NCBI GenBank assembly: GCA_024277815.1
Contig: JAJRUM010000056.1
Span: 19,592-83,591, forward strand
Direction of reading: 5' to 3'
Source: Gammaproteobacteria bacterium
Lineage (GTDB): Bacteria > Pseudomonadota > Gammaproteobacteria > Xanthomonadales > SZUA-36
Length of the DNA: 64,000 nucleotides
Below, one piece after another: positions 42,384-51,775 of this stretch (its first letter is position 1; each line of letters begins with the position of its first letter). Under the pieces are notes generated by a model that did not search any database, was not told where the DNA came from, and saw nothing but the letters and a program-made list of their open reading frames with translations. The translations under genes and the position numbers were made by a program.

Positions 42384-43295
42384 CTAATCCGTGTACCCAA
42401 AACGCTCAATCAGCTTATCGCTGTCTGACCAGTCGCGGCTGACCTTAACCCACAAACGCAAATATACTTTTTCTCCAAACAGTTCCTCAAGCACCATGCG
42501 TGCTTTGCTTCCCACCTGTTTGAGGACGATACCCCTTTTACCAATGGTGATCTGCTTTTGACTATCCCTTTCAACCCAGATAATAGCCCCAATGGTCAGC
42601 AGTTTTTTCTCCCGCTTGAACTCTTCGATCTGCACTGTTAACGCATAAGGTAACTCCTGGTGCAGACGCAACGTCAATTGCTCGCGGACCATTTCAGCCG
42701 CAAGAAATCGTTCACTGCGATCAGTAAACTGGTCTTCATCATAAAATGGCCGGGAAAAAGGCAGCCGTTGCATCACCCGCCTTTCCAGTTCATCTACACC
42801 GTCGCCCTTCTTTGCCGATATCATCAGGATACTGTCATATTCCTGCTCGCCGGCATGCTGTTCTACAAGCAGCAGCAGTGACTCTTTCTCAGCGACCTCA
42901 TCGATTTTGTTGAATACCAGCATTACGGGTACATTTGCGGCTTTCAATGCCCTCGCTACAAAGTCATCCTGACGTGTCCATTTATCGGCCTCAACCAGAA
43001 ACATCACCAGGTCAACATCACGGAAAGAAGCTTGAGCAACCCGGTTCATATAACGGTTCAGTGCCCGCTTGGCAGTATGGTGGATGCCGGGCGTATCTAC
43101 GTACACCACCTGCCCCTGGTCCGTGGTCTTGATCCCTGCGAGGCGCTGCCGGGTCGTCTGCGGCTTGGCCGTTACAATACTGACCTTCTGGCCAAGAATT
43201 CGATTGAGCAAGGTTGACTTACCAACGTTAGGCCGGCCAACAATGGCAACATAGCCAAAGCGATAATCTTCAGAATGGAGGTTTTTTTCTGTCAT
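42384..43295 (-). CDS. era: GTPase Era
   Basis: 303 aa. G1 motif GRPNVGKST, DTPG, NKID and a C-terminal KH domain. It overlaps the rnc stop by 4 nt. Confidence 0.95.
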   Translation of the reverse strand: MTEKNLHSEDYRFGYVAIVGRPNVGKSTLLNRILGQKVSIVTAKPQTTRQRLAGIKTTDQGQVVYVDTPGIHHTAKRALNRYMNRVAQASFRDVDLVMFLVEADKWTRQDDFVARALKAANVPVMLVFNKIDEVAEKESLLLLVEQHAGEQEYDSILMISAKKGDGVDELERRVMQRLPFSRPFYDEDQFTDRSERFLAAEMVREQLTLRLHQELPYALTVQIEEFKREKKLLTIGAIIWVERDSQKQITIGKRGIVLKQVGSKARMVLEELFGEKVYLRLWVKVSRDWSDSDKLIERFGYTD

Positions 43296-43966
43296 TTTCC
43301 GGACTTGTCAGAGACCGCCTTAAGCGTGGCATCCGCCGACGACTGTTCGGCTTTCTGCCGACTGCTGCCACTACCTGAAACACTGATATCAAGGTCATTC
43401 AGCGTACAAAGCACGCGAAACTGTTTGCGGTGCGGCGGGCCTTCTTCACTCTCAAGTGTATACACTGGCAAGGCATGGCCACGGGCTTGTGCCCACTCCT
43501 GTAAACGTGTTTTGGGGTCTTTCAGCTCGTTGGCGCTGGGCAGGCTTGCGATCACCGGTTCACATACATGCAGAATCGCAGCAGCGCAGGACGTATAGCC
43601 ACCATCAAGGTAAATAGCGCCGAAAACAGCTTCAAGCGCATCAGCCAGGATTGAGTCACGGTTAAACCCACCCGACTTCATCTCACCTTCCCCGAGCATG
43701 ATGTAGTCACCCAGTTTTAACCCGGCAGCCAGGCTCGCCAGCGTATCACCACGCACGACCCGTGTACGTAAACGGCTGAGTTCACCCTCGTTATTGTCCG
43801 GTTTCAATTCGTAGAGCCGCGAAGTAACAGCGGCGCTGAGAATACTGTCACCCAAAAATTCGAGCCGCTCGTTGTTGACCTTGTCGGCGCTGCGGTGGGT
43901 CAATGCCAACTTCAGCAGCTCAGGATCATCAAAGCGGTAGGGGATACCGGGAATTTCCCTCATCAT
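43292..43966 (-). CDS. rnc: Ribonuclease III
   Basis: 224 aa with the signature NERLEFLGDSIL and a C-terminal dsRBD. Confidence 0.95.
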   Translation of the reverse strand: MMREIPGIPYRFDDPELLKLALTHRSADKVNNERLEFLGDSILSAAVTSRLYELKPDNNEGELSRLRTRVVRGDTLASLAAGLKLGDYIMLGEGEMKSGGFNRDSILADALEAVFGAIYLDGGYTSCAAAILHVCEPVIASLPSANELKDPKTRLQEWAQARGHALPVYTLESEEGPPHRKQFRVLCTLNDLDISVSGSGSSRQKAEQSSADATLKAVSDKSGK

Positions 43967-44010
43967 TTAAAAGCTGAACCTGCTGGAATAGTGGTTGGCT
44001 GTGGCCGGGC

Positions 44011-44376
44011 TCAGTTGGCCAGTCGCACTGATTTATCGAATATCGCTACTACGTCAAGGTTACCCATCACAGGTTGGCGTACTTCGTAGGCGACGCGCAA
44101 ATGCACACCATTCCCGCGGGTTACCGTAATATCGGATTCTTTGACGTTTTCCGAATAGCTCACGTACAAGCGATTCAACACCTTTACGCGTAACTCGTAA
44201 GGCGAAAGCCTCGCACTGCCACGTTCTTCTGCAACCCCTTCAAGCGCCTTTACCACGGAGAAATACTCCATATAAAGCGGCATGATTTTCATACCAAGAA
44301 AAGATACAAAAATAACCACAGACAATACAATGATAAAACCGATAAGACTCATACCCTGCTGTTTATGAATTTTCAT
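44011..44376 (-). CDS. DUF4845-family small membrane protein
   Basis: KQQGMSLIGFIIVLSVVIFVSFLGMKIMPLYMEYF and the conserved position between lepB and rnc support the call. ATG 44376 is preferred because it has an AAGGA Shine-Dalgarno; the ORF is open to 44397. Confidence 0.75.
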   Translation of the reverse strand: MKIHKQQGMSLIGFIIVLSVVIFVSFLGMKIMPLYMEYFSVVKALEGVAEERGSARLSPYELRVKVLNRLYVSYSENVKESDITVTRGNGVHLRVAYEVRQPVMGNLDVVAIFDKSVRLAN

Positions 44377-44416
44377 TGCCAGTTTCCTTGCTTCCATGTT
44401 TATGCCCTTTTCGGCC

Positions 44417-45217
44417 CTAGTTTATACCATTGCCCATCCGTGACCAATCTGCACAGCCTTTTTCGAAATCAAAGTTGAGCCAGGTACCCACGGCACGACC
44501 CAACAGGTTCTCTTCAGGGACAAAGCCCCACATGCGACTATCGTTGCTGCGATCACGGTTATCGCCCATCATGAAATAATGACCCTCGGGCACTTTCCAT
44601 TGGCCATCCCGCCCAGGCCGGTCGACATGCATCAGGATTTCGTGGTTAACATTTCCCAATTGTTCATCGAACAATACCGCGTCACGGGCAGGCGTTGAGC
44701 ATTTTATGTCACTGCTTGTAAAGCTGCCTGCACTCACCTTTTCTACTTTCTCGCCGTTAACATAAAGCTGCTTGTTCCGATAACTGATCGTGTCACCCGG
44801 CAAGCCAATGGCCCGTTTGATGAAATTGATGCCGGGGTCCTTAGGATAACGGAATACAACCACGTCACCCCGTTGCGGCGCACCAACCGAGATGATCTTC
44901 TTGTTGATTACAGGCAAGCGAACCCCATAGGCAAATTTGTTGACGACAATGAAATCACCAATCAGCAGCGTGGGGATCATGGAACCAGAGGGTATTTTAA
45001 ACGGCTCAAACAGAAACGAACGAAACACCAGTACAATCAGCAAAACCGGGAATAAAGAGCGTGCATACTCCACCGCCACGGGTTCGCGTGGGGCTTCAAC
45101 ACTCTTTTGCACAGCACGATCCATACGCCCTTGCCTGAACAGCAGGCTATCCGCCAGCCAGATCAAACCGGAGACTGATGTCAACACGACCAGCACCAAC
45201 GCGAAATCAATATTCAT
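44417..45217 (-). CDS. lepB: Signal peptidase I
   Basis: 266 aa with SGSMIPTL (catalytic Ser), VNKFAYG, KRAIGLPGD (catalytic Lys) and GDNRDRSNDSR. Confidence 0.95.
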   Translation of the reverse strand: MNIDFALVLVVLTSVSGLIWLADSLLFRQGRMDRAVQKSVEAPREPVAVEYARSLFPVLLIVLVFRSFLFEPFKIPSGSMIPTLLIGDFIVVNKFAYGVRLPVINKKIISVGAPQRGDVVVFRYPKDPGINFIKRAIGLPGDTISYRNKQLYVNGEKVEKVSAGSFTSSDIKCSTPARDAVLFDEQLGNVNHEILMHVDRPGRDGQWKVPEGHYFMMGDNRDRSNDSRMWGFVPEENLLGRAVGTWLNFDFEKGCADWSRMGNGIN

Positions 45218-45231
45218 TCTTTGTTCCGTTC

Positions 45232-47034
45232 CTATTTTCTCGAATCATTTTGCAGAACCGCCAGGAAGGCTTCTTGTGGAATTTCCACACTACCCACCTG
45301 CTTCATACGTTTTTTACCCGCCTTCTGTTTTTCCAGCAATTTTCGCTTACGCGTCACATCGCCACCATAACACTTCGCAGTCACATTCTTACGCAAAGCT
45401 TTAACCGTCGTACGCGCGATCACCTGCGCGCCAATTGATGCCTGGATCGCCACATCAAACATCTGTCGGGGTATCAACTCCTTCATGCTGACCGCCAAAT
45501 CCCGTCCGCGCCGCTGCGCCTGGTCACGGTGCATAATCAAAGACAGGGCATCCACCCGGTCGCCATTAATTAATACATCAACCCGCACAAAAGGCCCCGG
45601 GCTGAAACGCAGGAAGTGATACTCAAAAGAAGCATAACCCCGGCTGACAGATTTCAACCGGTCAAAGAAATCCAGCACGACTTCTGACAAGGGCAATTCA
45701 TATTTAATGGAAACCTGCCCGCCCAGGTATTGCATGCTGATCTGAGAGCCCCGTTTGTCCTCACACAGGCCGATCACTGAACCGACGTAGTCCTGCGGCA
45801 CCAGGATATTGGCCTGAATAATCGGCTCACGCACTTCCAGAATTTTATTCGCAGGCGGCAGGCTGGCAGGGTTTTCCAGGGTCAACACCGCGCCATCGGT
45901 CAGCTCGACCTCGTAGATAACAGTAGGTGCTGTAGTAATCAGGTTAACGTCATATTCGCGTTCCAGCCGCTCCTGAACGATATCCATATGCAAAAGACCC
46001 AGAAAACCGCAGCGGAATCCGAAGCCAAGTGCCTCAGATGTTTCCGGCTCAAAGTTCAGCGCGGCATCATTCAGTTGCAGTTTCTCAAGCGACTCGCGCA
46101 AGTCGGGGTAATCATCTGCATCTGTTGGAAAAAGCCCTGCAAAAACGCGCGGCTGCATGGTGGTAAACCCTGGAAGTGGCGCGTCTGCAGGTGTTCTGGC
46201 AAGGGTAATGGTGTCGCCTACCGGCGCACCGTGGATATCCTTGATCCCGGCAACCAGGAAGCCCACTTCACCTGCACACAACTCATCACGAACTTCACGC
46301 TTGGGTGTAAACACGCCGACCTGATCGACCTGATGCTGGTTTTTAGACGACATCAGTTCGATCTTTTCCCGCTTACCGACCCTGCCATCAACAACCCGGA
46401 TCAGGGATACGATTCCGAGGTAGTTATCAAACCACGAATCGATAATAAGCGCCTTCAGCGGCGCATCAGGATCCCCTATCGGTTGGGGAACATCCTGGAT
46501 CAGACGTTCAAGCACCTGCGCGACACCATCACCGGTCTTGGCGCTGACGGACAGGGCATTGTGTGCCTCGATGCCGATAATATCCTCGATCTCCTGCTTG
46601 ACTCGCTCAGGCTCCGCTGAAGGCAGGTCAATCTTGTTCAGTACAGGAATAACTTCAAGGCCCAGTTCGACCGCCGTATAACAATTCGCCACGCTCTGGG
46701 CCTCCACACCTTGTGCGGCGTCGACAACCAGCAAAGCACCCTCACAGGCTGCCAGGGAGCGGGATACCTCGTATGAAAAATCCACATGCCCGGGCGTATC
46801 AATAAAATTCAGATGGTAGATGTTACCGTCAGCAGCCTTGTAATCCAGCGTAACGCTTTGTGCCTTGATAGTAATCCCACGCTCTCTCTCAATATCCATT
46901 GTATCAAGCACTTGAGCGGACATCTCCCGATCACTGAGGGCACCGCAGATCTGTATAAACCGGTCAGCCAGCGTTGACTTGCCATGGTCAACATGGGCAA
47001 TAATTGAAAAGTTACGGATAAATTTTTGATCCAT
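45232..47034 (-). CDS. lepA: Elongation factor 4
   Basis: The start is set at ATG 47034 ([25 protein letters not shown]). The GTPase motifs and the LepA C-terminal domain are present. Confidence 0.95.
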   Translation of the reverse strand: MDQKFIRNFSIIAHVDHGKSTLADRFIQICGALSDREMSAQVLDTMDIERERGITIKAQSVTLDYKAADGNIYHLNFIDTPGHVDFSYEVSRSLAACEGALLVVDAAQGVEAQSVANCYTAVELGLEVIPVLNKIDLPSAEPERVKQEIEDIIGIEAHNALSVSAKTGDGVAQVLERLIQDVPQPIGDPDAPLKALIIDSWFDNYLGIVSLIRVVDGRVGKREKIELMSSKNQHQVDQVGVFTPKREVRDELCAGEVGFLVAGIKDIHGAPVGDTITLARTPADAPLPGFTTMQPRVFAGLFPTDADDYPDLRESLEKLQLNDAALNFEPETSEALGFGFRCGFLGLLHMDIVQERLEREYDVNLITTAPTVIYEVELTDGAVLTLENPASLPPANKILEVREPIIQANILVPQDYVGSVIGLCEDKRGSQISMQYLGGQVSIKYELPLSEVVLDFFDRLKSVSRGYASFEYHFLRFSPGPFVRVDVLINGDRVDALSLIMHRDQAQRRGRDLAVSMKELIPRQMFDVAIQASIGAQVIARTTVKALRKNVTAKCYGGDVTRKRKLLEKQKAGKKRMKQVGSVEIPQEAFLAVLQNDSRK

Positions 47035-47081
47035 GAAGTGCTTCAGTGTCGGTGGAGACCAGTCGCTGCTACCAGCAATAA

Positions 47082-47117
47082 CCAAAGGCCATCCGCTAAC
47101 TAGCGGATGGCCTTTGG
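47082..47117 (-). terminator. GC-rich 17-bp perfect hairpin downstream of mucD (probable operon terminator)
   Basis: ccaaaggccatccgcta / tagcggatggcctttgg with a 2-nt centre. On the minus strand it is followed by TTATTGCTGG, a weak U-tract. It lies 50 nt after the mucD stop. Confidence 0.55.
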
Positions 47118-47167
47118 GTGAATGGTTAAGTAATAATTACCAATCGGTAATTATAAAGAGAATTGGT

Positions 47168-48625
47168 TTATTTCTCATTCACTTCGCGCGGTGTGTACGC
47201 AATAAAACTCGAAGTTCCATTGCGCCAGACGCGCAGAGCCACCGCTTTGCCGAGTTCTACTTTCTCAACCAGCGTTTCAAAATCGCCCATATTCTCTACT
47301 TTCCTGTTGTTAATCATCAGGATCACATCACCCGGTCGCAAGCCGGCTCGCCATGCATCATCGGATTCCACTTCAGTGATGACCACCCCACCCTCGGGAT
47401 CACCCAGTTCACGCCTGCGTTCGCGGCTAATGCTCTCAACGGCCAACCCCAGCGCATTACTACTACTGGCTGCTGTACCATTTTCACCACCAGCTTCACC
47501 GTTTTCACTGGTCAGTGCATCAAGTGTCACTTTAAACACCTTTTCCTTACCTTCACGCCGAACAGTTACCGTGGCTTTTGTGCCCGGGGGATTCGACCCG
47601 ACCATAGGCGGCAAATCATTCCAGGTTTCAATCTCTTCACCATTGAAAGACAGGATGACGTCACCGGGTTCAATCCCGGCACGTTCGGCCGCCCCGCCTG
47701 GTGAAACATCATTTACCAACGCACCCACCGGGCGATCCAGCTCCAGAGCCTCGGCCATTTCCCGGGTTACCGCACCGACAACAACACCCAGCAATCCACG
47801 TTCAACCTTGCCGGTCTCCCGCAATTGTTTGGCTGTACTCGTAGCCACTTCGATGGGAATTGAAAAAGACAGGCCAATATATCCGCCATTGGAACTGAGA
47901 ATCCACGAATTGATACCAACCACTTCGCCTTCCATGTTCAACAGCGGCCCACCGGAGTTGCCGCGATTGATCGCAACATCCGTCTGAATAAACGGCACGT
48001 ACTGCTGCGCCCGGTTGGTCCGGCCCTTGGCGCTGACGATACCCGCCGTTACACTTTGCTCGAAGTTAAATGGAGAGCCAATAGCAGCCACCCACTGGCC
48101 GGCCTTCAGGGTCTCAGACTCGCCTAACACAAGAAAAGGCAGTGCTTTTTTTGCATTGATCTTGAGTACTGCAATATCACTGGCCTTGTCAGAACCAATC
48201 AGTTCCGCTTCAAATTCACGCCGGTCTGCCAGGCGCACAATGATTTCATCTGCATTCTCAACAACGTGGTGATTGGTCAGGATGTAGCCATCGGCGGTAT
48301 AGAGAAATCCTGAGCCAGCACCCATCCGGTCCGGTTGGCCAAAACGTGGATTGTTGGGAACATTAAAGTAGCGCCGGAAGAACTCGGGGACATCCTGTTG
48401 GCCTTCTCCCTGCGAACCGCGCGGGTCGCCACGTTGTCCACGGTTCTGGTTACCGGCATGCGGGTTACGGGTTCCAAATTGTGTAACCCGAATGTTGACC
48501 ACTGCCGGACCGGCTTTTTCTACCAGTCCGGTAAAATCTGGTAACCCGGTCACCTTTGCAAGCGCCGGAACGCTTAACAGCAGTAAAAGCAGTGCCGCAA
48601 ATTGCAGCGAGATTCTTTGTTTCAT
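47168..48625 (-). CDS. mucD: Periplasmic serine endoprotease, DegP/MucD (HtrA family, two PDZ domains)
   Basis: 485 aa with a signal peptide, the catalytic motifs TNHHVV, DIAVLK and GNSGGPL, and two PDZ domains. It is the last gene of the rpoE-rseABC-mucD string. Confidence 0.92.
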   Translation of the reverse strand: MKQRISLQFAALLLLLLSVPALAKVTGLPDFTGLVEKAGPAVVNIRVTQFGTRNPHAGNQNRGQRGDPRGSQGEGQQDVPEFFRRYFNVPNNPRFGQPDRMGAGSGFLYTADGYILTNHHVVENADEIIVRLADRREFEAELIGSDKASDIAVLKINAKKALPFLVLGESETLKAGQWVAAIGSPFNFEQSVTAGIVSAKGRTNRAQQYVPFIQTDVAINRGNSGGPLLNMEGEVVGINSWILSSNGGYIGLSFSIPIEVATSTAKQLRETGKVERGLLGVVVGAVTREMAEALELDRPVGALVNDVSPGGAAERAGIEPGDVILSFNGEEIETWNDLPPMVGSNPPGTKATVTVRREGKEKVFKVTLDALTSENGEAGGENGTAASSSNALGLAVESISRERRRELGDPEGGVVITEVESDDAWRAGLRPGDVILMINNRKVENMGDFETLVEKVELGKAVALRVWRNGTSSFIAYTPREVNEK

Positions 48626-48647
48626 TGTCTAACTCCAGAATTGAGAA

Positions 48648-49160
48648 TTATATTGAATCAGGATTGCTCTGGCTGTTTACACCACTGCTACACATATTGG
48701 GTGTCGCAGAGGGATAATAAACCGCCATTTGTAATGAATTCAGTGCAGTTTCTGTGGTTTTTAGCTTTCTCAGCATTTGAACAGCCATTCCACCAACCAA
48801 TATTCCGCCAAGCAGGGTCAGCAGATCGAGTAGAAAAGCCTCAAATTGAAACCAGCCAGCGACTGCATACCCTGCAAAAGCACCCGCAAGTGCGGCCAAA
48901 AGCGGCCAGCCATAATGGACCAGTACCATTTTCAGGTAAACACTCTCGGGAAAGGCCAGCGTGACCATTTGCCCGGGCCTGACATCAATAGCACTTTTCC
49001 TGAGACGAATGACCGCGGGCTTATGTTGAAGTAATCTGGAGAAAACCCCGGCGCCACAACCATTGCCACTGTCACAGGCTGAACATCCGGTTTGTATACC
49101 GATCCGCACCCAAATCTGTTGGTCCTGACAATGCACAACTTGTACATTCTGCTCAATCAC
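48648..49160 (-). CDS. rseC: SoxR-reducing system / sigma-E regulatory protein RseC (MucC)
   Basis: 170 aa. The N-terminal Cys motif GCSACDSGNGCG followed by two TM helices, and the position after rseB, support the call. Confidence 0.8.
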   Translation of the reverse strand: MIEQNVQVVHCQDQQIWVRIGIQTGCSACDSGNGCGAGVFSRLLQHKPAVIRLRKSAIDVRPGQMVTLAFPESVYLKMVLVHYGWPLLAALAGAFAGYAVAGWFQFEAFLLDLLTLLGGILVGGMAVQMLRKLKTTETALNSLQMAVYYPSATPNMCSSGVNSQSNPDSI

Positions 49161-49163
49161 GGG

Positions 49164-50144
49164 TCAATTTGATGCCAGCGAACGTGCCATCGAAGTTGCT
49201 ATGGTCTTGACCGTTATCGCCGGAACCTCACCAATCGCTGTAATCTGAAGATCACCCTGTTTGCGTGTGTAGGCATTGTTGGTGCCCAACTGGCCGACGC
49301 CCTGCATCACACCCAGTTCACTACCCTGCTTCTCGATATAGACGGATACGGCAGCCAGGCCATCGCTATACACCATATGTTCAAATATACCATCGGCACT
49401 GACCTTGTGGCTATGAGCCGAGAGCTTGAAACCTGGCGGTAGTTTGTGTGGCTGCCAGCTTGGGCTGGATTGAATTACCACGGTTTTAACCGGACTGAAA
49501 GTGGGTAGCTCGACATATTCTTCAGCAGCAGCGTCAGGTTCCAGTTCATCCAGGTCAACACCTGTACCCATTGAGAAATCAGTGAACATCAATTTCGCCA
49601 GTGCCCGGTTATTTGAATCCTTCAAAACCCATTTCAGCAACAGGCCGGTATCTTCCTGCAACCAGAACTCATAGCCGTAACGGTACTCATCCTGCGGCAG
49701 GATACTCACTCTGCGGGCGGTCTGCCCGGCGATTCTGGCCTTGCCACGCAATTCCAGCCGATAGCCATTGGAGTGACTGCCAATGGCCTCCAACGGCAGT
49801 TCAGGGAAATAGGAACTGGCGACCACCGGATCCTCGACAATCGCACCAGAGTCCTGTAGCACACAGCGCACACCCTCGCGATTACGGATGACTTCACGCC
49901 TGGGTCCACTAACAGAATAAAGTCGCTCACGAACACCGTTGTCATCAGTGACGTGGGTAATTCGCATGGTCTCTACCCCGCCACCACGAACATAGACGAA
50001 AGTACCCTGGTAACTCATCTGGCTCATGGCTGTCGCCATGCGTTCCAGCCATTCCCGCGCTTCAGCAGCATTGTCCGCCAGAGCCGTGCTGCTCGCGCCG
50101 ATGGTTATCAGCAGCACCAGGACCTTGCGCGGCAAACTGTTCAT
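49164..50144 (-). CDS. rseB: Sigma-E regulatory protein RseB (MucB)
   Basis: 326 aa with a signal peptide. AREWLERMATAMSQMSYQGTFVYVRGG is typical of the MucB/RseB N-terminal domain. It overlaps the rseA stop by 4 nt. Confidence 0.9.
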   Translation of the reverse strand: MNSLPRKVLVLLITIGASSTALADNAAEAREWLERMATAMSQMSYQGTFVYVRGGGVETMRITHVTDDNGVRERLYSVSGPRREVIRNREGVRCVLQDSGAIVEDPVVASSYFPELPLEAIGSHSNGYRLELRGKARIAGQTARRVSILPQDEYRYGYEFWLQEDTGLLLKWVLKDSNNRALAKLMFTDFSMGTGVDLDELEPDAAAEEYVELPTFSPVKTVVIQSSPSWQPHKLPPGFKLSAHSHKVSADGIFEHMVYSDGLAAVSVYIEKQGSELGVMQGVGQLGTNNAYTRKQGDLQITAIGEVPAITVKTIATSMARSLASN

Positions 50145-50800
50145 TTATTTGCGGCGTTTTCCTGCTCTGGAGCATTATTTGCAACGCCCGGATCGCGGTC
50201 TTTTGCCGCATCAGCAGCTTCCACATCTCTGGCGTCCGCCTGGGTAGCAACAATGGGTACAAACGAAACAAAACCTTGTCGGCCTGCCGTTCTCGCCATT
50301 TGATTATGCCTTAACAGGTAAGCATTGAGACGCGCCCGGTTGACCCGGTTTGACGGGCTATAACTGACCGGCTGGGACATCGGTGCCAGCGGCATCGTAT
50401 TGGGGCTGACAAAAGGCTGGTTGGCCGGTTTGGAAAATGCCGAATCTCCCACCTCACCCGGAGCCATACCCGGCTGTGGAGAGGTTACAACAATCGCCAT
50501 CAAAGCAACGCTGGCAGCTATCGCCAGTCCGGTAACCGGTCTCAACCAGCGTTTACCCTGCAAGGCCGGTTGCGATGGCGCCTGTTCGGCTTCCAGTGAA
50601 GCAGTCAGACTGGCGCTCAGGCCGGAAACATATTGCTTGCTACCCGGTTGACGAATACAGTCGCGGATCAGGTGGTAACGTTCCCAGGTATCGCATAACG
50701 CATCATCAGATGCCAGTCTGCGGGTCAGAAACATTCCACCTTCACGTGAAATTTCACCATCCATCAGGCTGGACAAGTGCTCTAAAGATTCCTTACTCAT
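50141..50800 (-). CDS. rseA: Anti-sigma-E factor RseA (MucA)
   Basis: 219 aa. The N-terminal LSSLMDGEIS...WERYHLIRDCIR (RseA_N), a central TM helix and a periplasmic C-terminal domain are present. Confidence 0.9.
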   Translation of the reverse strand: MSKESLEHLSSLMDGEISREGGMFLTRRLASDDALCDTWERYHLIRDCIRQPGSKQYVSGLSASLTASLEAEQAPSQPALQGKRWLRPVTGLAIAASVALMAIVVTSPQPGMAPGEVGDSAFSKPANQPFVSPNTMPLAPMSQPVSYSPSNRVNRARLNAYLLRHNQMARTAGRQGFVSFVPIVATQADARDVEAADAAKDRDPGVANNAPEQENAANK

Positions 50801-50845
50801 TGCTTCATTTCTCTGTGCCGGGTATCCAAATCTGATACCACGTGG

Positions 50846-51442
50846 TTATTCCCCACTACTCGTGTGACCACCAATCAGGGGTTTTAGTTTCTCATCAATG
50901 GCTTCTCGTGCCCGAAAAATTCTCGAGCGCACGGTACCGATAGGACAATCCATCGTAACCGCGATCTCTTCGTAGCTCATGCCATCCATTTCCCGGAGCA
51001 TGATCGCCGTACGCAAATCCTCGGGCAATTCAGCGATGGTGCCGTACACCGTGCGCTCAATTTCTTCGCGCATCATTTCATTTTCCGGCGTGCTGGTTTC
51101 TTTCAAGCGCCCGCTAATGCCGTACTGCTCCGCGTCAACAGCATCAATATCGCTGGCGGGTGGGCGGCGATTTTTAGCTACAATCCAGTTTTTTGCCGTG
51201 TTGATGGCGATTCGGTACAGCCAGGTATAAAACGCGCTGTCGCCCCGGAACCTGCCAATGGCCCGGTAAGCTTTGATAAATGCTTCCTGCGCAACGTCCT
51301 GAGCCTCGGATGAATCCGACACGTAGCGGGACACCAGGCTGACTATGCGGTGCTGGTATTTCAGAATTAACAGGTCAAAAGCGCGCTTTTCGCCCTTTTG
51401 TACCCGCTCAACCAGTAACTGATCGACTTTGGCTTCACTCAC
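50846..51442 (-). CDS. rpoE: RNA polymerase sigma-E (AlgU/RpoE)
   Basis: Highly similar to AlgU: LVERVQKGEKRAFDLLILKYQH, DVAQEAFIKAYRAIGRFRGDSAFYTWLYRIAINTAKN, VGTVRSRIFRAREAI. The start is placed at GTG 51442 because that makes it collinear with AlgU (10 residues before VERVQ). The longer ORF to 51583 is rejected. The exact start is uncertain by a few codons. Confidence 0.9.
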   Translation of the reverse strand: MSEAKVDQLLVERVQKGEKRAFDLLILKYQHRIVSLVSRYVSDSSEAQDVAQEAFIKAYRAIGRFRGDSAFYTWLYRIAINTAKNWIVAKNRRPPASDIDAVDAEQYGISGRLKETSTPENEMMREEIERTVYGTIAELPEDLRTAIMLREMDGMSYEEIAVTMDCPIGTVRSRIFRAREAIDEKLKPLIGGHTSSGE

Positions 51443-51627
51443 TCCGCCTTGCACTCCACGTGTATTAACCGGTCCAACCCGTAACGGTACCTGTACCGCA
51501 GGTTCTGCAGATTCCGGGTTTACACCGGCTATTCTAGCGACCCTGAGCGCAGTCATACGCCCTTGCCTTCTAAAGATGAGCATAACATGAGCAAATTCAA
51601 CCCCGATTTACTGGTTTCATTGCACGC

Positions 51628-51655
51628 TATGACCGCCCGCCTTTTCGGAGGTTCC
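51628..51655 (-). promoter_or_regulatory. Candidate sigma-E-type (autoregulated) promoter upstream of rpoE
   Basis: The minus strand reads GGAACC-17 nt-TCATA, compared with the consensus GGAACTT-N15/16-TCAAA. It lies about 185 nt upstream of the proposed start. This is pattern matching only. Confidence 0.2.
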
Positions 51656-51775
51656 CGCCAAAAGCCAATTCATTTTTGCTACCGTGAACATCTAACCCGC
51701 AACGCGCAAGCCATGCGATAATAGCGGGTTAAGACAGGACACCCTTCAAGCCAATAACCGAGGTCACATTTAATT

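Noticed and set aside
47163-47987. 274-aa plus-strand ORF, the longest unexplained ORF in the track
   Set aside because: It lies entirely antisense to mucD, whose protease motifs are unambiguous. The translation is low-complexity Ser/Pro/Thr/Arg with no recognisable domain. This is typical of the antisense frame of a GC-rich gene.
51455-51583. Possibility that rpoE carries a real ~45-aa N-terminal extension (MLIFRRQGRMTALRVARIAG...)
   Set aside because: AlgU/RpoE proteins are ~190-200 aa and begin about 10 residues before the VERVQ motif. The extension is Arg/Val/Pro-rich and more likely forms part of the promoter and leader region.
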